A DNA stretch of 64,000 bases from a virus (lineage: Duplodnaviria; Caudoviricetes), in the IMG/VR virus record IMGVR_UViG_3300037722_001090, one strand, 5' to 3'. Shown here piece by piece: positions 1-9,998 of the stretch (the stretch's first letter is position 1; every line of letters begins with the position of its first letter). The position numbers and the translations under genes were made by a program. The notes under the pieces were generated by a model. That model made no database searches. It was not told the origin of the DNA and saw only the letters and a program-made list of their open reading frames with translations.

Positions 1-4
1 AGTA

Positions 5-481
5 ATGCTTGGTGACAATCAAGTAACTAAAATTATTATCGATAAAACACAAGAAGAAATTGATTCTGAATTTACCAATTCACTTACAAGTGCAAAATCA
101 ATGGCATTAGATGAAATAGATCAAGCAGCATTTAATGTTGATTATAAGTATACTACTGTTGGTGGTCAGCAAGCATCTATATATGATATTAAGCCAGTTC
201 AAATTGCTGAATGGGAATCTGATCCTAACCCAGATATAAATGACATAAAATATGGCACCATCTGGGCAGAACTAGAACGAACTAAAGTTACTAATCCTGA
301 TGCAATAGTACAAGACGCTATTGATGGACTGAAAATGCTTATTTCTGCATGGCAGCAAAATCTAATAAAATATAGAGAATATTATAGATTAGTAGGGAAA
401 GCAAAGGTAGAAAATGCAATATCAATTATAGAAGTTGAAGCTGCTAAAACAGAAGCAGTAACTGGGCTAAGTAGCCTGTAA
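5..481 (+). CDS. Helical phage protein resembling a tail-fibre assembly chaperone C-terminal domain; possibly 5'-truncated by the window edge
   Basis: 158-aa ORF whose frame stays open to the window edge (in-frame GTA at 2-4). Its helical pattern is loosely like the C-terminal half of the fibre chaperone at 57443-58048. Confidence 0.35.
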   Translation: MLGDNQVTKIIIDKTQEEIDSEFTNSLTSAKSMALDEIDQAAFNVDYKYTTVGGQQASIYDIKPVQIAEWESDPNPDINDIKYGTIWAELERTKVTNPDAIVQDAIDGLKMLISAWQQNLIKYREYYRLVGKAKVENAISIIEVEAAKTEAVTGLSSL

Positions 482-490
482 GGAGGCAAT

Positions 491-700
491 ATGATGATTT
501 GGATGCCAACTGCAAAATTTCCAAGTCCAGAAAAAGTATTAAGCAATATTATATATGGATATAATGGAGAGTTTACTGGGATACTAAATATATCTACTCA
601 AAATATTGTACAAATATTAAACGCTGAAATATCAATTAAAAAAGATATCTCTAGTACACCACCATCGCCAAGTAATGGAGAAATAGATTATGTCAGTTGA
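491..700 (+). CDS. Small hypothetical virion-module protein
   Basis: 69-aa ORF with strong SD (AGGAGG) upstream; overlaps the start of the next gene. Confidence 0.5.
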   Translation: MMIWMPTAKFPSPEKVLSNIIYGYNGEFTGILNISTQNIVQILNAEISIKKDISSTPPSPSNGEIDYVS

Positions 701-1982
701 AATTAAATTTAACTTACCAGTACCAGAGCCAGGACAAGATGCTGCGTATAAAGTTGTATTATACCAGTCTAGTGATGGCAAAATTTGGGATATAAATTCG
801 ACTACAGAAGAAGTAATATCTAACCTTATTATAGGCCAAGATGGTAAATACATATGGGCTGTAAATACTCCACCAGTTGATGTATCAAAGTGGATACAAA
901 TTAAGACAGAGAATGCTCTTGGAGCAGAGAGTAATACAGGTATAGTATTCAGTCCTATTAGTTTGCCTACTAGTAACTTTGGAGCAATAAAGATTGATAA
1001 TGGTACAGCTAACTATAATGCAGGATCAGTTATTGAGTTGATGCTACAGCTAGACACAGATGATGCTATTATTGTAGGAGATACAATAGATGTACACATA
1101 AGAGATGTTTTTGATAATGAAATTGGATTTATTACAGCTAATAAAATTGGAGATAATCTATATATAGCTGAATATAAGATTCCTTCTAATTTATCTGATC
1201 TATACAATATTTTAAATTCTGATGAGTCAGAATATAATACATCTGCTTTCAGTATGAAAGATGTATGGATCTTTAAAGACGCTACTCAAATAGAATATCC
1301 TTTTTTTGTTTCTAGATCCGTACTAGAACAAGTAGTAAAGAATGATTCTTTATTTACTGTTATAATAGACAATCTAAATGATACAGGTATGTATCAGGAG
1401 ATATCATTTGCATCACAGATAAGCAAATTCTACGCTTCAGTAGATGATGTAATTGCAGTTTCACCTCAATCTATTGACACCTTAAATGTTTATAGTATTG
1501 CTAGAGAAATTATGTTAGTATCAGATTACGTTGATTTACACATGAAACCAGACAGAATTTACTATCAAGAAGCATTTGATAGTGCAGTAAGATGCTATGT
1601 AAGATATCAAGCTGCATTAAACTTACTGGGTGACGAAGCTAAGCTTACTAGTGAAACTAAACAACTAGATACGTTCCAGGTACAGCGTAGTTATGACATG
1701 AGGTCTTATTTAGGTGGAATTGAAGATAAGGCATATAAGTGTGCATTGATTATTTGGGCTGGTGGATTAGATACGCCATTTAAAACAAAGACATTTCAGA
1801 AAGGACTATACGATCCGAATAGACCTAATGTCTCAAGAGCAAACCTTGACATTACAGGTACAGAGCCTTGGGTTAATAGGACAACTAGATCTACGTTAAT
1901 TTCCGATGCATCAGGACAGACAGTTGAACTTCGCGGCATTAGAACGATAAGTATATCTAGAATAGATCGTACACTGCTATGA
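690..1982 (+). CDS. Putative head-tail adaptor/neck protein with N-terminal Ig-like beta domains
   Basis: 430 aa, GGAG SD. Beta-rich N-terminal part and a helical C-terminal ~170 aa (YASVDDV...AVRCYVRYQAALNLL...ETKQLDTFQVQRSY) typical of adaptor proteins; sits upstream of the head-closure and sheath genes. Confidence 0.5.
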   Translation: MSVEIKFNLPVPEPGQDAAYKVVLYQSSDGKIWDINSTTEEVISNLIIGQDGKYIWAVNTPPVDVSKWIQIKTENALGAESNTGIVFSPISLPTSNFGAIKIDNGTANYNAGSVIELMLQLDTDDAIIVGDTIDVHIRDVFDNEIGFITANKIGDNLYIAEYKIPSNLSDLYNILNSDESEYNTSAFSMKDVWIFKDATQIEYPFFVSRSVLEQVVKNDSLFTVIIDNLNDTGMYQEISFASQISKFYASVDDVIAVSPQSIDTLNVYSIAREIMLVSDYVDLHMKPDRIYYQEAFDSAVRCYVRYQAALNLLGDEAKLTSETKQLDTFQVQRSYDMRSYLGGIEDKAYKCALIIWAGGLDTPFKTKTFQKGLYDPNRPNVSRANLDITGTEPWVNRTTRSTLISDASGQTVELRGIRTISISRIDRTLL

Positions 1983-2440
1983 TAAATTTACAAAAAGAAA
2001 TGTCAATACTACTGAAAGAGATATGGAATACAGTAATAGTTAGAATAATGACTGATACCAAATGTTTTTGCTGGAGAATAAGATCTAATACTGCAGATCC
2101 AGAATGTCCTAATTGCGAAGGTTCTGGATACATATTCAATGAACACATAAGTAAATGTAAATTATTCTATGCACCTGCAAACTCGGTAGCACATGCACAG
2201 GATTTTGATTATGGTATTTCATATTCAAATACAAACGTACTATATTTTGAGGTTAGCGACATTAGCGAAAACATAAGGATAAATGACGAGGTATTCGAAG
2301 TTAAGACACATACTAACGGAACACTATATGACCCAATAATTAGGACTAAAAAATGGACAGTAATTGATCCATATAAATTTAGTCTTGATACTGGTAAGCG
2401 TGAGTTCGTTAAAGTATTTGCGAAGCCATCGATAGTCTAG
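1979..2440 (+). CDS. Putative neck/head-closure protein with Cys4 motif
   Basis: 153 aa with CFC-x9-CPNCEGSGY followed by a beta-barrel-like region; lies between adaptor and tail-completion genes; ATGA overlap with the previous stop. Confidence 0.55.
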   Translation: MINLQKEMSILLKEIWNTVIVRIMTDTKCFCWRIRSNTADPECPNCEGSGYIFNEHISKCKLFYAPANSVAHAQDFDYGISYSNTNVLYFEVSDISENIRINDEVFEVKTHTNGTLYDPIIRTKKWTVIDPYKFSLDTGKREFVKVFAKPSIV

Positions 2441-2451
2441 TTATTAACAAA
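2440..2451 (+). promoter_or_regulatory. Candidate late-promoter/operator motif GTTATTAACAAA
   Basis: Fills the short gap before the tail-completion/sheath genes; near-identical copy at 30171. Confidence 0.35.
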
Positions 2452-2456
2452 GTGAT

Positions 2457-3185
2457 ATGGGAACTTCTTTTTCAAAAAATATATTCGTTAAAATAGTAGA
2501 GAGTTTATCAATTCCATCTTTAGAGGGAAACAGTTTTCCCACAGAAGGAATCGTTACATCTCTAAATGAATTCTTGGACCTTATTAGTATTGCCAATAAT
2601 ATTTATTGTAATACATTTAAGATCCCTGATGCAGACAAGCTTGTATTCGCAGAGGATGTTCCTAGCGACTTAGTACACAAGCTGAATAATGGCACAACAT
2701 CACTAGACATAACAAGTGATACACTAAGAGACCTACGGATTGTTACATATACTGCTGACGAAAAACCAGCAGTTATATCTTCCAGAAAAACAAACGATTA
2801 TGACGGCATAAGAAGTATAAAGTGGAGATTAATTGACGAATATCCAGACCCTGACTATACTGGCTATACAATAGCTAGGTTAGGTAAAGATGTAGAAGTT
2901 GATATTTCATTTCATGTGTGGGGCACAAACTTCGAAGATATCCGCAAGAGAGGGGCACTCCTTAGGGATATTGTCGACACAAACGTTTGGTTCTTTAAAC
3001 ACAAAGGCCTTAGAGATATCATCTGGCGTGAAAGTCAAGAGACTAGATTGTGGGATGGTAAGAGTATAATGAAAGAAAAGATTGAAAGTTACCTGGTAAG
3101 ATATACGCAGGTAAAACTGGTTCGACAAAAAAACCTAGAGCAGATGGCAATTGAATTTGCACTAGAAGAACCTAAGAAAAACTAA
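2457..3185 (+). CDS. Putative tail completion/terminator protein
   Basis: 242 aa directly upstream of the sheath gene; alternating beta/alpha pattern (DVEVDISFHVWG...IRKRGALLRDIV) as in tail terminators. Confidence 0.5.
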   Translation: MGTSFSKNIFVKIVESLSIPSLEGNSFPTEGIVTSLNEFLDLISIANNIYCNTFKIPDADKLVFAEDVPSDLVHKLNNGTTSLDITSDTLRDLRIVTYTADEKPAVISSRKTNDYDGIRSIKWRLIDEYPDPDYTGYTIARLGKDVEVDISFHVWGTNFEDIRKRGALLRDIVDTNVWFFKHKGLRDIIWRESQETRLWDGKSIMKEKIESYLVRYTQVKLVRQKNLEQMAIEFALEEPKKN

Positions 3186-3199
3186 TGGAGGAATAACAC

Positions 3200-5935
3200 A
3201 TGTTTAATGTTGCACCTAGATACCTTTCTGGTATTTCTGTTTTCCTTGGTGATGATATCACCAAACGTGAAACTACCGGCGAACTTGTTGTCTTCCTTGG
3301 TCCAGCAAACAAGGGGCCTCAAACTCCTGTTGTCCTAAAGAGCATTGATAATCTAGTGCCTCTTTTTGGAGCAGGCAACCCTCTCGTAAAAGCTGGTCAC
3401 CAATTCATGGACGGATATGCAGATGCTGGCGCAAACAATCCTCTCCAACTCGTAGCAATGCGTGTTGGTGGTATTGCCGCTAAGCTTACTACTTCTTTCG
3501 GACTAGTAATTGAAACCGAGGACGCGTATGACGGCATTGAAAACGAATTCTACCTTTGGGTAGATGACACCTCAGATGAAACCTTTAATGTTAAGATCTG
3601 GGATAAAGATAGACTAATTGTATTCGATTATGCTGAAGCAGTTAGTACTGGACATGTTAAGGTAACTGTTCCTGCTGTAAAAGGTAGCACAGGCGCTATT
3701 TATGGCGACGATCTTGATAATGATCCAGGCACAGCAGGACTTCTGTTGCTACAGGCCAGAGATGCAGATTTTGCTAGTCCTGGTACTGGATCTACAGTAT
3801 TTGGTCTTGCCGCTTCACCTGCAGCTGGAGTTTCTACTCTAGTAGTTTCTAATGTAGTTGGTGCTGGTAATGTTAACTACGATGCAGATATGATGCTTTT
3901 CCCTCTTTCAGGCGGACGCATTAGAATCTATGGTAATATTGGAGCAATCGAGAAAGAAGAGTTTATTAATTATACCTCTGCTGTTGTTGATGTTGACCTT
4001 AAAACAGTTACATTTACTCTCGCTACTGCTACTTCTGTGGATTTCTCTGGAGTAATCAATACTAACATGAGCATCAAGCTTGTTAATAGTGTTGTAGTTT
4101 CTGGTGATTCTGAAATGGATCTTACCAAGCGTGAAATGTACGAGCGTTATCGTAATGCACTTCTAGAAGTTGAAACTTGGACCCCAGACTATCTGGTTCC
4201 TGGTGGAGCTTATTTTGATGACACTGAAACTTATGTTTCCAGTGAAACTGAAACAACCATCGCAAAAATTGCTCAGGCTACAAATGCTGCACTTACTGGT
4301 GCTCAGGGTCTTGGTGGTGGAGATTATGTTACAGTTGAAGGCGCTGCAACTTGGGGCCTAACTGGTACTTATCGTATCGACTCTGGACTACAGCTACCCG
4401 TTGGTACAGCAGGCGTACTAGAGAGAGTATCTCAGTACTTTAGATATAGCGGTATTACAAAAGTAACAGATCCACTAGTTCCTACTGCATACGATTATCG
4501 TCTAGAAACAATTTTCGACCAGTTCGAAGCTGAATCTAACTATATCGCTCTTAGCAATACACTTACTCTTAAAACTAAAACTGGTGGACTAGCTATCGAG
4601 AATATGCTTCCTCAGGGGTGGTTCCGCTTTGGAACTGCAGGAAATGCAACCCTTGGTTTCTATAAACTACAGGGTATTGTAGATGGAATTGCTACTCTAA
4701 AAATTCACGTACCTACGGACTTCGGTGCAAATATTGCTGTTGCAATTGAGCCTGACACTGATGGTATCGGAGCACTACCTATTGCAGGTGATGTGTTTGA
4801 AATGTCGTTCACTTCTTTTGATGACGCTGGAAGCTATGTATATGGTTACTGGACTGAATCACAGAATGTATATGACATTGGAGTTGGATACGTTAAAGAA
4901 ACTGATCAGGGTGATGCATTTACCTTTGAGTGGGCTGACCAGAAGAAAGCAGGATTCTATCTTGCACATTTTGGATATCTATTTGCTAACTTCTGTAACG
5001 AAGCAACAATTGGATATAACACTCCACTAACTGCAATGAACGTAAGACCTCCTTCTTCACTAGATAGAGCTGCAATCGTTCAGTGGATTGGTGAAAAACC
5101 TCTATTCAAGATGGTAGCTGGTGAGCCTACTGCTATCGAAAATGTATCAAAAAAAGGTGCAGGTCTTTTAGGAAATGCAGTTATGGCAGGCGGTATCGCT
5201 CCTTATAACCGTACATACCTAAATGATGCAGCAAACAATAAGTTTGTTGACCCAGCATACGGACTACTAATGACCAGTCAGGGATTTGTTGACGGAAACG
5301 AAATCAGAGACTCTTATGGTAAAGTAGTTGATCTTGGTAAGTTCATGTGCGTTGGTGCAGGTCTTCTGACTTTTGCACACAGAGCAAATGGCGTACCTTA
5401 CACAGATGCTTGCGGTATCTACTCACTTGGTATGCTAGCAGGTTCCCCTTACGAAGAAGGTATTTCCTTCAAGCAGGTTGGAACTAACTCTGGATCTACC
5501 GTTTCTGTAATTGTTAACCGTAAACTATACAACGATCTTGCTGGCGCTGGTTACATTGTAATTACTCGAGAAAAAGGTCTTGGATGGGTTATTAATAATG
5601 ATCACTCTGTAGCAAGAAAAGACAGCGGTTACCGCCTAATCTCTACTACTCGTATTGTTAAAACTGTTATCGAAGAGAAGCGTGGACACCTTATGCAGTT
5701 CATTGGTAAGCCAATTAACACTTACTATTATGAAGCTGCTAAGACTAAGCTTTCTGAGTCGTTTAAGAATGACGTATCAAGAGGCCTTCTGAATGGCTAC
5801 AGATTCAATCTGTCAGCTTCTAAGTCTGGTCAGGCGATTGGTAAGCTTTATCTGAGCGTGGTAATCAATCCACCACTAGAGTTAACCCAAGTAGATATCG
5901 ATACTGTTATCGATAGAAACTTAACTAATACCTAA
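3200..5935 (+). CDS. Contractile tail sheath protein with large insertion domains
   Basis: 911 aa. N-terminal sheath signature (VVFLGPANKGPQTPV...LFG...LVKA). C-terminal sheath domain (LYNDLAGAGYIVITREKGLGWVINND...ISTTRIVK...INPPLELTQVDIDTVI). Precedes the tube gene; GGAGG SD. Confidence 0.88.
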   Translation: MFNVAPRYLSGISVFLGDDITKRETTGELVVFLGPANKGPQTPVVLKSIDNLVPLFGAGNPLVKAGHQFMDGYADAGANNPLQLVAMRVGGIAAKLTTSFGLVIETEDAYDGIENEFYLWVDDTSDETFNVKIWDKDRLIVFDYAEAVSTGHVKVTVPAVKGSTGAIYGDDLDNDPGTAGLLLLQARDADFASPGTGSTVFGLAASPAAGVSTLVVSNVVGAGNVNYDADMMLFPLSGGRIRIYGNIGAIEKEEFINYTSAVVDVDLKTVTFTLATATSVDFSGVINTNMSIKLVNSVVVSGDSEMDLTKREMYERYRNALLEVETWTPDYLVPGGAYFDDTETYVSSETETTIAKIAQATNAALTGAQGLGGGDYVTVEGAATWGLTGTYRIDSGLQLPVGTAGVLERVSQYFRYSGITKVTDPLVPTAYDYRLETIFDQFEAESNYIALSNTLTLKTKTGGLAIENMLPQGWFRFGTAGNATLGFYKLQGIVDGIATLKIHVPTDFGANIAVAIEPDTDGIGALPIAGDVFEMSFTSFDDAGSYVYGYWTESQNVYDIGVGYVKETDQGDAFTFEWADQKKAGFYLAHFGYLFANFCNEATIGYNTPLTAMNVRPPSSLDRAAIVQWIGEKPLFKMVAGEPTAIENVSKKGAGLLGNAVMAGGIAPYNRTYLNDAANNKFVDPAYGLLMTSQGFVDGNEIRDSYGKVVDLGKFMCVGAGLLTFAHRANGVPYTDACGIYSLGMLAGSPYEEGISFKQVGTNSGSTVSVIVNRKLYNDLAGAGYIVITREKGLGWVINNDHSVARKDSGYRLISTTRIVKTVIEEKRGHLMQFIGKPINTYYYEAAKTKLSESFKNDVSRGLLNGYRFNLSASKSGQAIGKLYLSVVINPPLELTQVDIDTVIDRNLTNT

Positions 5936-5948
5936 TAAACATTGGAGC

Positions 5949-5968
5949 GGGAGGCCTTCGGGCCTCCC
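5949..5968 (+). other. Perfect GC-rich hairpin with cUUCGg tetraloop and no U-tract
   Basis: GGGAGGCC-TTCG-GGCCTCCC between the sheath stop and the tube SD. Confidence 0.8.
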
Positions 5969-5996
5969 TAACCAGAATCTTTACGGAGGATAAAAA

Positions 5997-6611
5997 ATGG
6001 AAAATAACAATGCTCTAACTAATGTCTTCTCTGGAGCTGATGTTGTGGTTATCTTTGGTAACAGCTATATCGGTGAAGCAATGTCGATTACAATCGGCGT
6101 TAATAGAGAAGCAGGCCCACTTTATGTAATGGGTCGCAAAGAGCCTATCGCTATCCCAAAAGGCAAGCGTGGTATTGGTGGATCCTTCATTCTTGCTCAG
6201 CTAGGATATGACGCTCTTCTGAAATACTATGAATCAATCATGGGTAGAAAACAGCCTATCTGGGTTCGTTCAGACGAATCGGTCCCCAATATTGGCACAA
6301 GACGTACTGATATTACCTCTTACGGCGCTGACAACGTAGCGCTTGCGGATGACGGAACTCTCACTTCGGTTGCAACTACAGACCTTTGGGAGCAGCTATA
6401 CACTCCTAACTATGTAGACCAAATGCCTCCATTTAACATGACTATTGTTGGTGTTAATGAGACGGGAGAGAAAATGGGATTCCGTATTTATGGAGTTACC
6501 ATCATCAATGAAGGTATGGCTATTTCAGTTGATGAACTTAACATGGAAAAACGTTACACGTTTATTGCTCAGTCAGTTTCAAGAATGCAAAAACTTGATA
6601 GCCCTGACTAA
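5997..6611 (+). CDS. Tail tube protein
   Basis: 204 aa immediately after the sheath. Pattern SGADVVVIFG...REAGPLYVMGRKEPIAIPKGKRGIGGSF...DQMPPFNMTIVGVNETG...YTFIAQ is typical of large-myophage tubes; GGAGG SD. Confidence 0.82.
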   Translation: MENNNALTNVFSGADVVVIFGNSYIGEAMSITIGVNREAGPLYVMGRKEPIAIPKGKRGIGGSFILAQLGYDALLKYYESIMGRKQPIWVRSDESVPNIGTRRTDITSYGADNVALADDGTLTSVATTDLWEQLYTPNYVDQMPPFNMTIVGVNETGEKMGFRIYGVTIINEGMAISVDELNMEKRYTFIAQSVSRMQKLDSPD

Positions 6612-6649
6612 GTAATATGGTGACCAGTTAAGTAGATGCACTATCTCTT

Positions 6650-6696
6650 AAGCCCGAGGTTGTACTAGAAATGGTGCGCTTCGGGCTTTTTTATTT
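6650..6696 (+). terminator. Rho-independent terminator after the tail tube gene
   Basis: AAGCCCGAGG-TTGTAC-TAGAAATG-GTGCG-CTTCGGGCTT stem-loop followed by TTTTATTT. Confidence 0.8.
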
Positions 6697-6723
6697 ATAC
6701 AACAAAGCTTAGGAGATTAAATA

Positions 6724-7983
6724 ATGGCAAAAATAAGTAATGATCCATCGGTAGGATATTATATTTCACATTCGCTAGGTGGAAGTGGTATTGAACAGTT
6801 ACCTAGCGTAACCGAATTAAATGCTAGACTTGTAGACCCAGTTACAGGCAAAACAGTAACTGATGCAATACAAGTATATGTAAGTGGACTTGAGCAGAAT
6901 AATGGTAAAGTATCAGACATTGCTCAGACTGCCGACTTTGTTATTGCTAGAGCTGAAGCTTATAATAATTTTGCAAATGGAGGGACAAACGAGGCAGCTG
7001 CTGGCATTAATAGCGCTGTAATAAATAAGCTTAATACTGTAACACCAATGAGTGGTACGCCATGGGATGGATCTAATCCAACAGGCAATTATCCTGGCAC
7101 AAAACAAGAAGCATTAGCAGAAAGCTCTATTGGTGAGTTTTGGAATGCACAAAAGAAAAGAGAAACTGTTGGTGGATATCAAGAGACTGTTGGTGGCTCA
7201 GATATGGCTGTTTTCTTTATGGCAGAAGTACCAAACGTAAGTGACTTAGCAGATGGTATATCTGTTGAGGATTGCAGAAAAGAGTTTATTATATTAGAGA
7301 TGGACAACGTGCTATCTTTACAGTATTCTATTATGAGAGGTGTATTCCCAGTAAGACAGCTTGGACATGAGAATCCAGTAGACTTTACAAGAGGTCCTAG
7401 AACAATGGCTGGATTTATGGCATGTTCAATTTTTGCTGAAGATGTACTTGGAAGATTAAGATCTAGGGTTCTTGAGAGTTTTGAAAAGCTATTCGGTAAC
7501 CTAAGAAAAATTAATACCTCTAACGAATCTACCTCTTACTTAGAGGACAACTCAGATAGTCCATATGCCTCAATAGAAACAGAAAGAGCACTAGCATCTA
7601 ACTTTAAAAACGTAAATGCCGAAAGAGATGCATATAGGCTGTATAGATACTATGATGCTGCACTTAAGTTTGATCAAGTAGAACTATTAGATCAACTGCC
7701 ATCGTTCCATTTACTTATTATTGGTGTTAATGAAACAGGTAAGCTAGTTAAGTTTATACTTAAAGGCGTACAGATTATGGAAGAAAACCAAGTACAAGGA
7801 ACTAGACGTCCAGACATAATGAATAAAATATCTTTTGTATGTAAAGATATTGTTCCAATGAGCAATGCAGGACCAAGTACAGCAATTACCTCTTCTATGG
7901 AAGGTGGTTCTATGAGCACTGAGTGGAAAATGAAAAGCTTTACAGCATCTCAAGCTTTAGGTAAAAGTCTAAGAAGGGAGTAA
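6724..7983 (+). CDS. Tail-tube-fold paralogue (probable tube initiator/baseplate-proximal tube protein)
   Basis: 419 aa. C-terminal half aligns by eye to the tube (GSDMAVFF, PVRQLGHENPVDFTRGPRTMAG, DQLPSFHLLIIGVNETG). Confidence 0.65.
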   Translation: MAKISNDPSVGYYISHSLGGSGIEQLPSVTELNARLVDPVTGKTVTDAIQVYVSGLEQNNGKVSDIAQTADFVIARAEAYNNFANGGTNEAAAGINSAVINKLNTVTPMSGTPWDGSNPTGNYPGTKQEALAESSIGEFWNAQKKRETVGGYQETVGGSDMAVFFMAEVPNVSDLADGISVEDCRKEFIILEMDNVLSLQYSIMRGVFPVRQLGHENPVDFTRGPRTMAGFMACSIFAEDVLGRLRSRVLESFEKLFGNLRKINTSNESTSYLEDNSDSPYASIETERALASNFKNVNAERDAYRLYRYYDAALKFDQVELLDQLPSFHLLIIGVNETGKLVKFILKGVQIMEENQVQGTRRPDIMNKISFVCKDIVPMSNAGPSTAITSSMEGGSMSTEWKMKSFTASQALGKSLRRE

Positions 7984-7987
7984 TATA

Positions 7988-9547
7988 ATGGCAACTAAAC
8001 ATAATACAAGCGGCTATTGGGAATCTAGATTTAAAGAATTTGATGAAGGTGGATACCTAAGTAATGGTGAGCTAGTAACTTACAAAAAGAAGAATGAGTA
8101 TGCACCAACATATGTGACTGCACCACAAGGGAAAGTATTCTTTAATGGAGTACTAATAGATGAGTGTTTTGATATTCAGTATCAGTATACAGAAACTAAA
8201 GAGCCTATATATGGATATAACTCCAAGCATTTTGATGCAATTATGGCAGGGGTAGTAGTTATACAAGGTGCATTTTCTATAAACTATAAGCATGATGCAT
8301 ACTTGCATGAAGCTTTGCATTATGCTAGTGGAGAATTAAACTATAACGGTAAGTCTTCTAGGCAGCAAGCAATTGATAAAAAAGAAGAAATGAGAAGAAG
8401 TCAAGATACCTATAGGGCTACATTATCTGGAATGAGAGACTTAAGGCTTCAGAAAAGAGAACTAGAAACTGAACTTAAGAATATAGACAAGAAAGTTCTA
8501 GATGCAGAAGCGATTGTAGTTACAAGAACCCAGAAGAAAGCAACATTTACTGGAAGCAATGGCTATTTAGTTAACCAAACAAAACAAGCAGAAGAAAAGT
8601 TTAGAGAGTTTTATTCTAAGCTAGAAATAGGCGAAGAACTAGAAATTAAAAAACAAATTGCTGATATAGAGAAAACTAAGAATATATTTGAAACAAAGCA
8701 AGGTAATACAGATAATCTACAATCACGAATAAAAACAGCATTAGATGAAGAGACAAGGTTTCTTGGTAATGCAAATAAAGAACTAGAAAAACTAAAAGAA
8801 ACATTATCTGAATATGAAACTATTATTCAGTCTTATGTTTCAAGAAAAGGATCTGGATCACTAATTGATAGGCTAACTCCTATGGAACAAATAGAGTTAG
8901 TAAAAACAAAAGAAACACTTATTCCTGCACAAATAGGGTTAATTGATTCACAAGAAGATAAAATAAGTAATCTTAATAAGCTTATATCTAAACTTACAAA
9001 GCAGTTATCAAAAGCACAATCTAAGGATAGAGACCTTAAAGAAGACTTTAATGATGATATCATTAATAAGCTTGATAATTACCCTAAAGCTAAAGAGTAT
9101 CTAACTCTTAGAGCTAATATTGATATCCTTAAGAAACAAGAATTTATTGTTTCCGGTAATATTGACGATGAAATACAGGAAGCAAGAAAAAGTCTAGATA
9201 CAATAAGGGCAGAAAAAGATAAGATATCAAAAGCTATATCAGATATTACAGCCATAGCAAGTGCTTCTCTTGAGAATGTTAAGAAAACAAAAGAATCTGT
9301 AGATGCAATAAATTCTGCTATTGCTAAAGACTATGAAATGGAAGATACTTACATCTCTAAATCATGGCAAAGGGCAGAAGATCATGAAGACTTTAATATT
9401 CTACTTGAGTATAATGGAAGTTATCATAAAGCTCTTATGCATTGTCAGCTAACTGGACACTCACATGCACTGGCTCATGACAGTGAAGGAAGACCAATTA
9501 GAGAAGTATATACATTTATAGCAAAAGAACTTAACTCTGATCACTAA
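7988..9547 (+). CDS. Tail-tube-fold paralogue with a long coiled-coil insertion
   Basis: 519 aa. Tube-like N-part (GKVFFNGVLIDECFDIQYQYTETKEPIYGYNSKHFD...IQGAFSINY) and C-part (DFNILLEY...PIREVYTFIAKEL) are separated by roughly 340 aa of K/E/L-rich heptad sequence. Confidence 0.55.
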   Translation: MATKHNTSGYWESRFKEFDEGGYLSNGELVTYKKKNEYAPTYVTAPQGKVFFNGVLIDECFDIQYQYTETKEPIYGYNSKHFDAIMAGVVVIQGAFSINYKHDAYLHEALHYASGELNYNGKSSRQQAIDKKEEMRRSQDTYRATLSGMRDLRLQKRELETELKNIDKKVLDAEAIVVTRTQKKATFTGSNGYLVNQTKQAEEKFREFYSKLEIGEELEIKKQIADIEKTKNIFETKQGNTDNLQSRIKTALDEETRFLGNANKELEKLKETLSEYETIIQSYVSRKGSGSLIDRLTPMEQIELVKTKETLIPAQIGLIDSQEDKISNLNKLISKLTKQLSKAQSKDRDLKEDFNDDIINKLDNYPKAKEYLTLRANIDILKKQEFIVSGNIDDEIQEARKSLDTIRAEKDKISKAISDITAIASASLENVKKTKESVDAINSAIAKDYEMEDTYISKSWQRAEDHEDFNILLEYNGSYHKALMHCQLTGHSHALAHDSEGRPIREVYTFIAKELNSDH

Positions 9548-9548
9548 C

Positions 9549-9577
9549 CTTATTAACAGTTATATAACACGAAAGGA
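9549..9577 (+). promoter_or_regulatory. Candidate promoter/operator: CTTATTAAC, palindrome GTTATATAAC and ACGAAAGGA
   Basis: Intergenic; resembles the motifs at 2440, 30171 and 54200 (TAACACGAA(A)GGA is shared with 54200-54217). Confidence 0.3.
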
Positions 9578-9584
9578 TTAAACA

Positions 9585-9998
9585 ATGGTAGAAATTAAAG
9601 ATACACCTACACAGGTAACTGAAAGCTCATTCTGGGACGAAATCGAATGGTCACAAGTAACGCATAATAAAATTGATAAGGGAGACTTCTTAAGAATAAA
9701 ATCTATTAATAGGAAGTTATATTCAACGTTTCTAGGCCCTGAATCAGGTACACAGTTTTATCTATATAAACCACTCTCTTGGGGCAAGTATAAGGAAATT
9801 AGATTAAAAGGATTAGATAAGGATACTACTCGTGAGTATATTATTAATTCATGTATTCTATGGCCTAACTTAGACCCTATTTCCGTTAGTAATCTCGATG
9901 CTGGGATTATGCTTACATTAACAAATCAAATCCTTACAGTTAGTAATTTCTTAAAAGACCCAGATAAAGCACTCGAACTCATACTAGAGATTGAATAA
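9585..9998 (+). CDS. Tail assembly chaperone 1
   Basis: 137 aa, just upstream of the tape-measure-like gene; pattern YKPLSWGKYKEI...NSCILWP...LDAGIMLTLTNQILTVSNF. Confidence 0.6.
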   Translation: MVEIKDTPTQVTESSFWDEIEWSQVTHNKIDKGDFLRIKSINRKLYSTFLGPESGTQFYLYKPLSWGKYKEIRLKGLDKDTTREYIINSCILWPNLDPISVSNLDAGIMLTLTNQILTVSNFLKDPDKALELILEIE

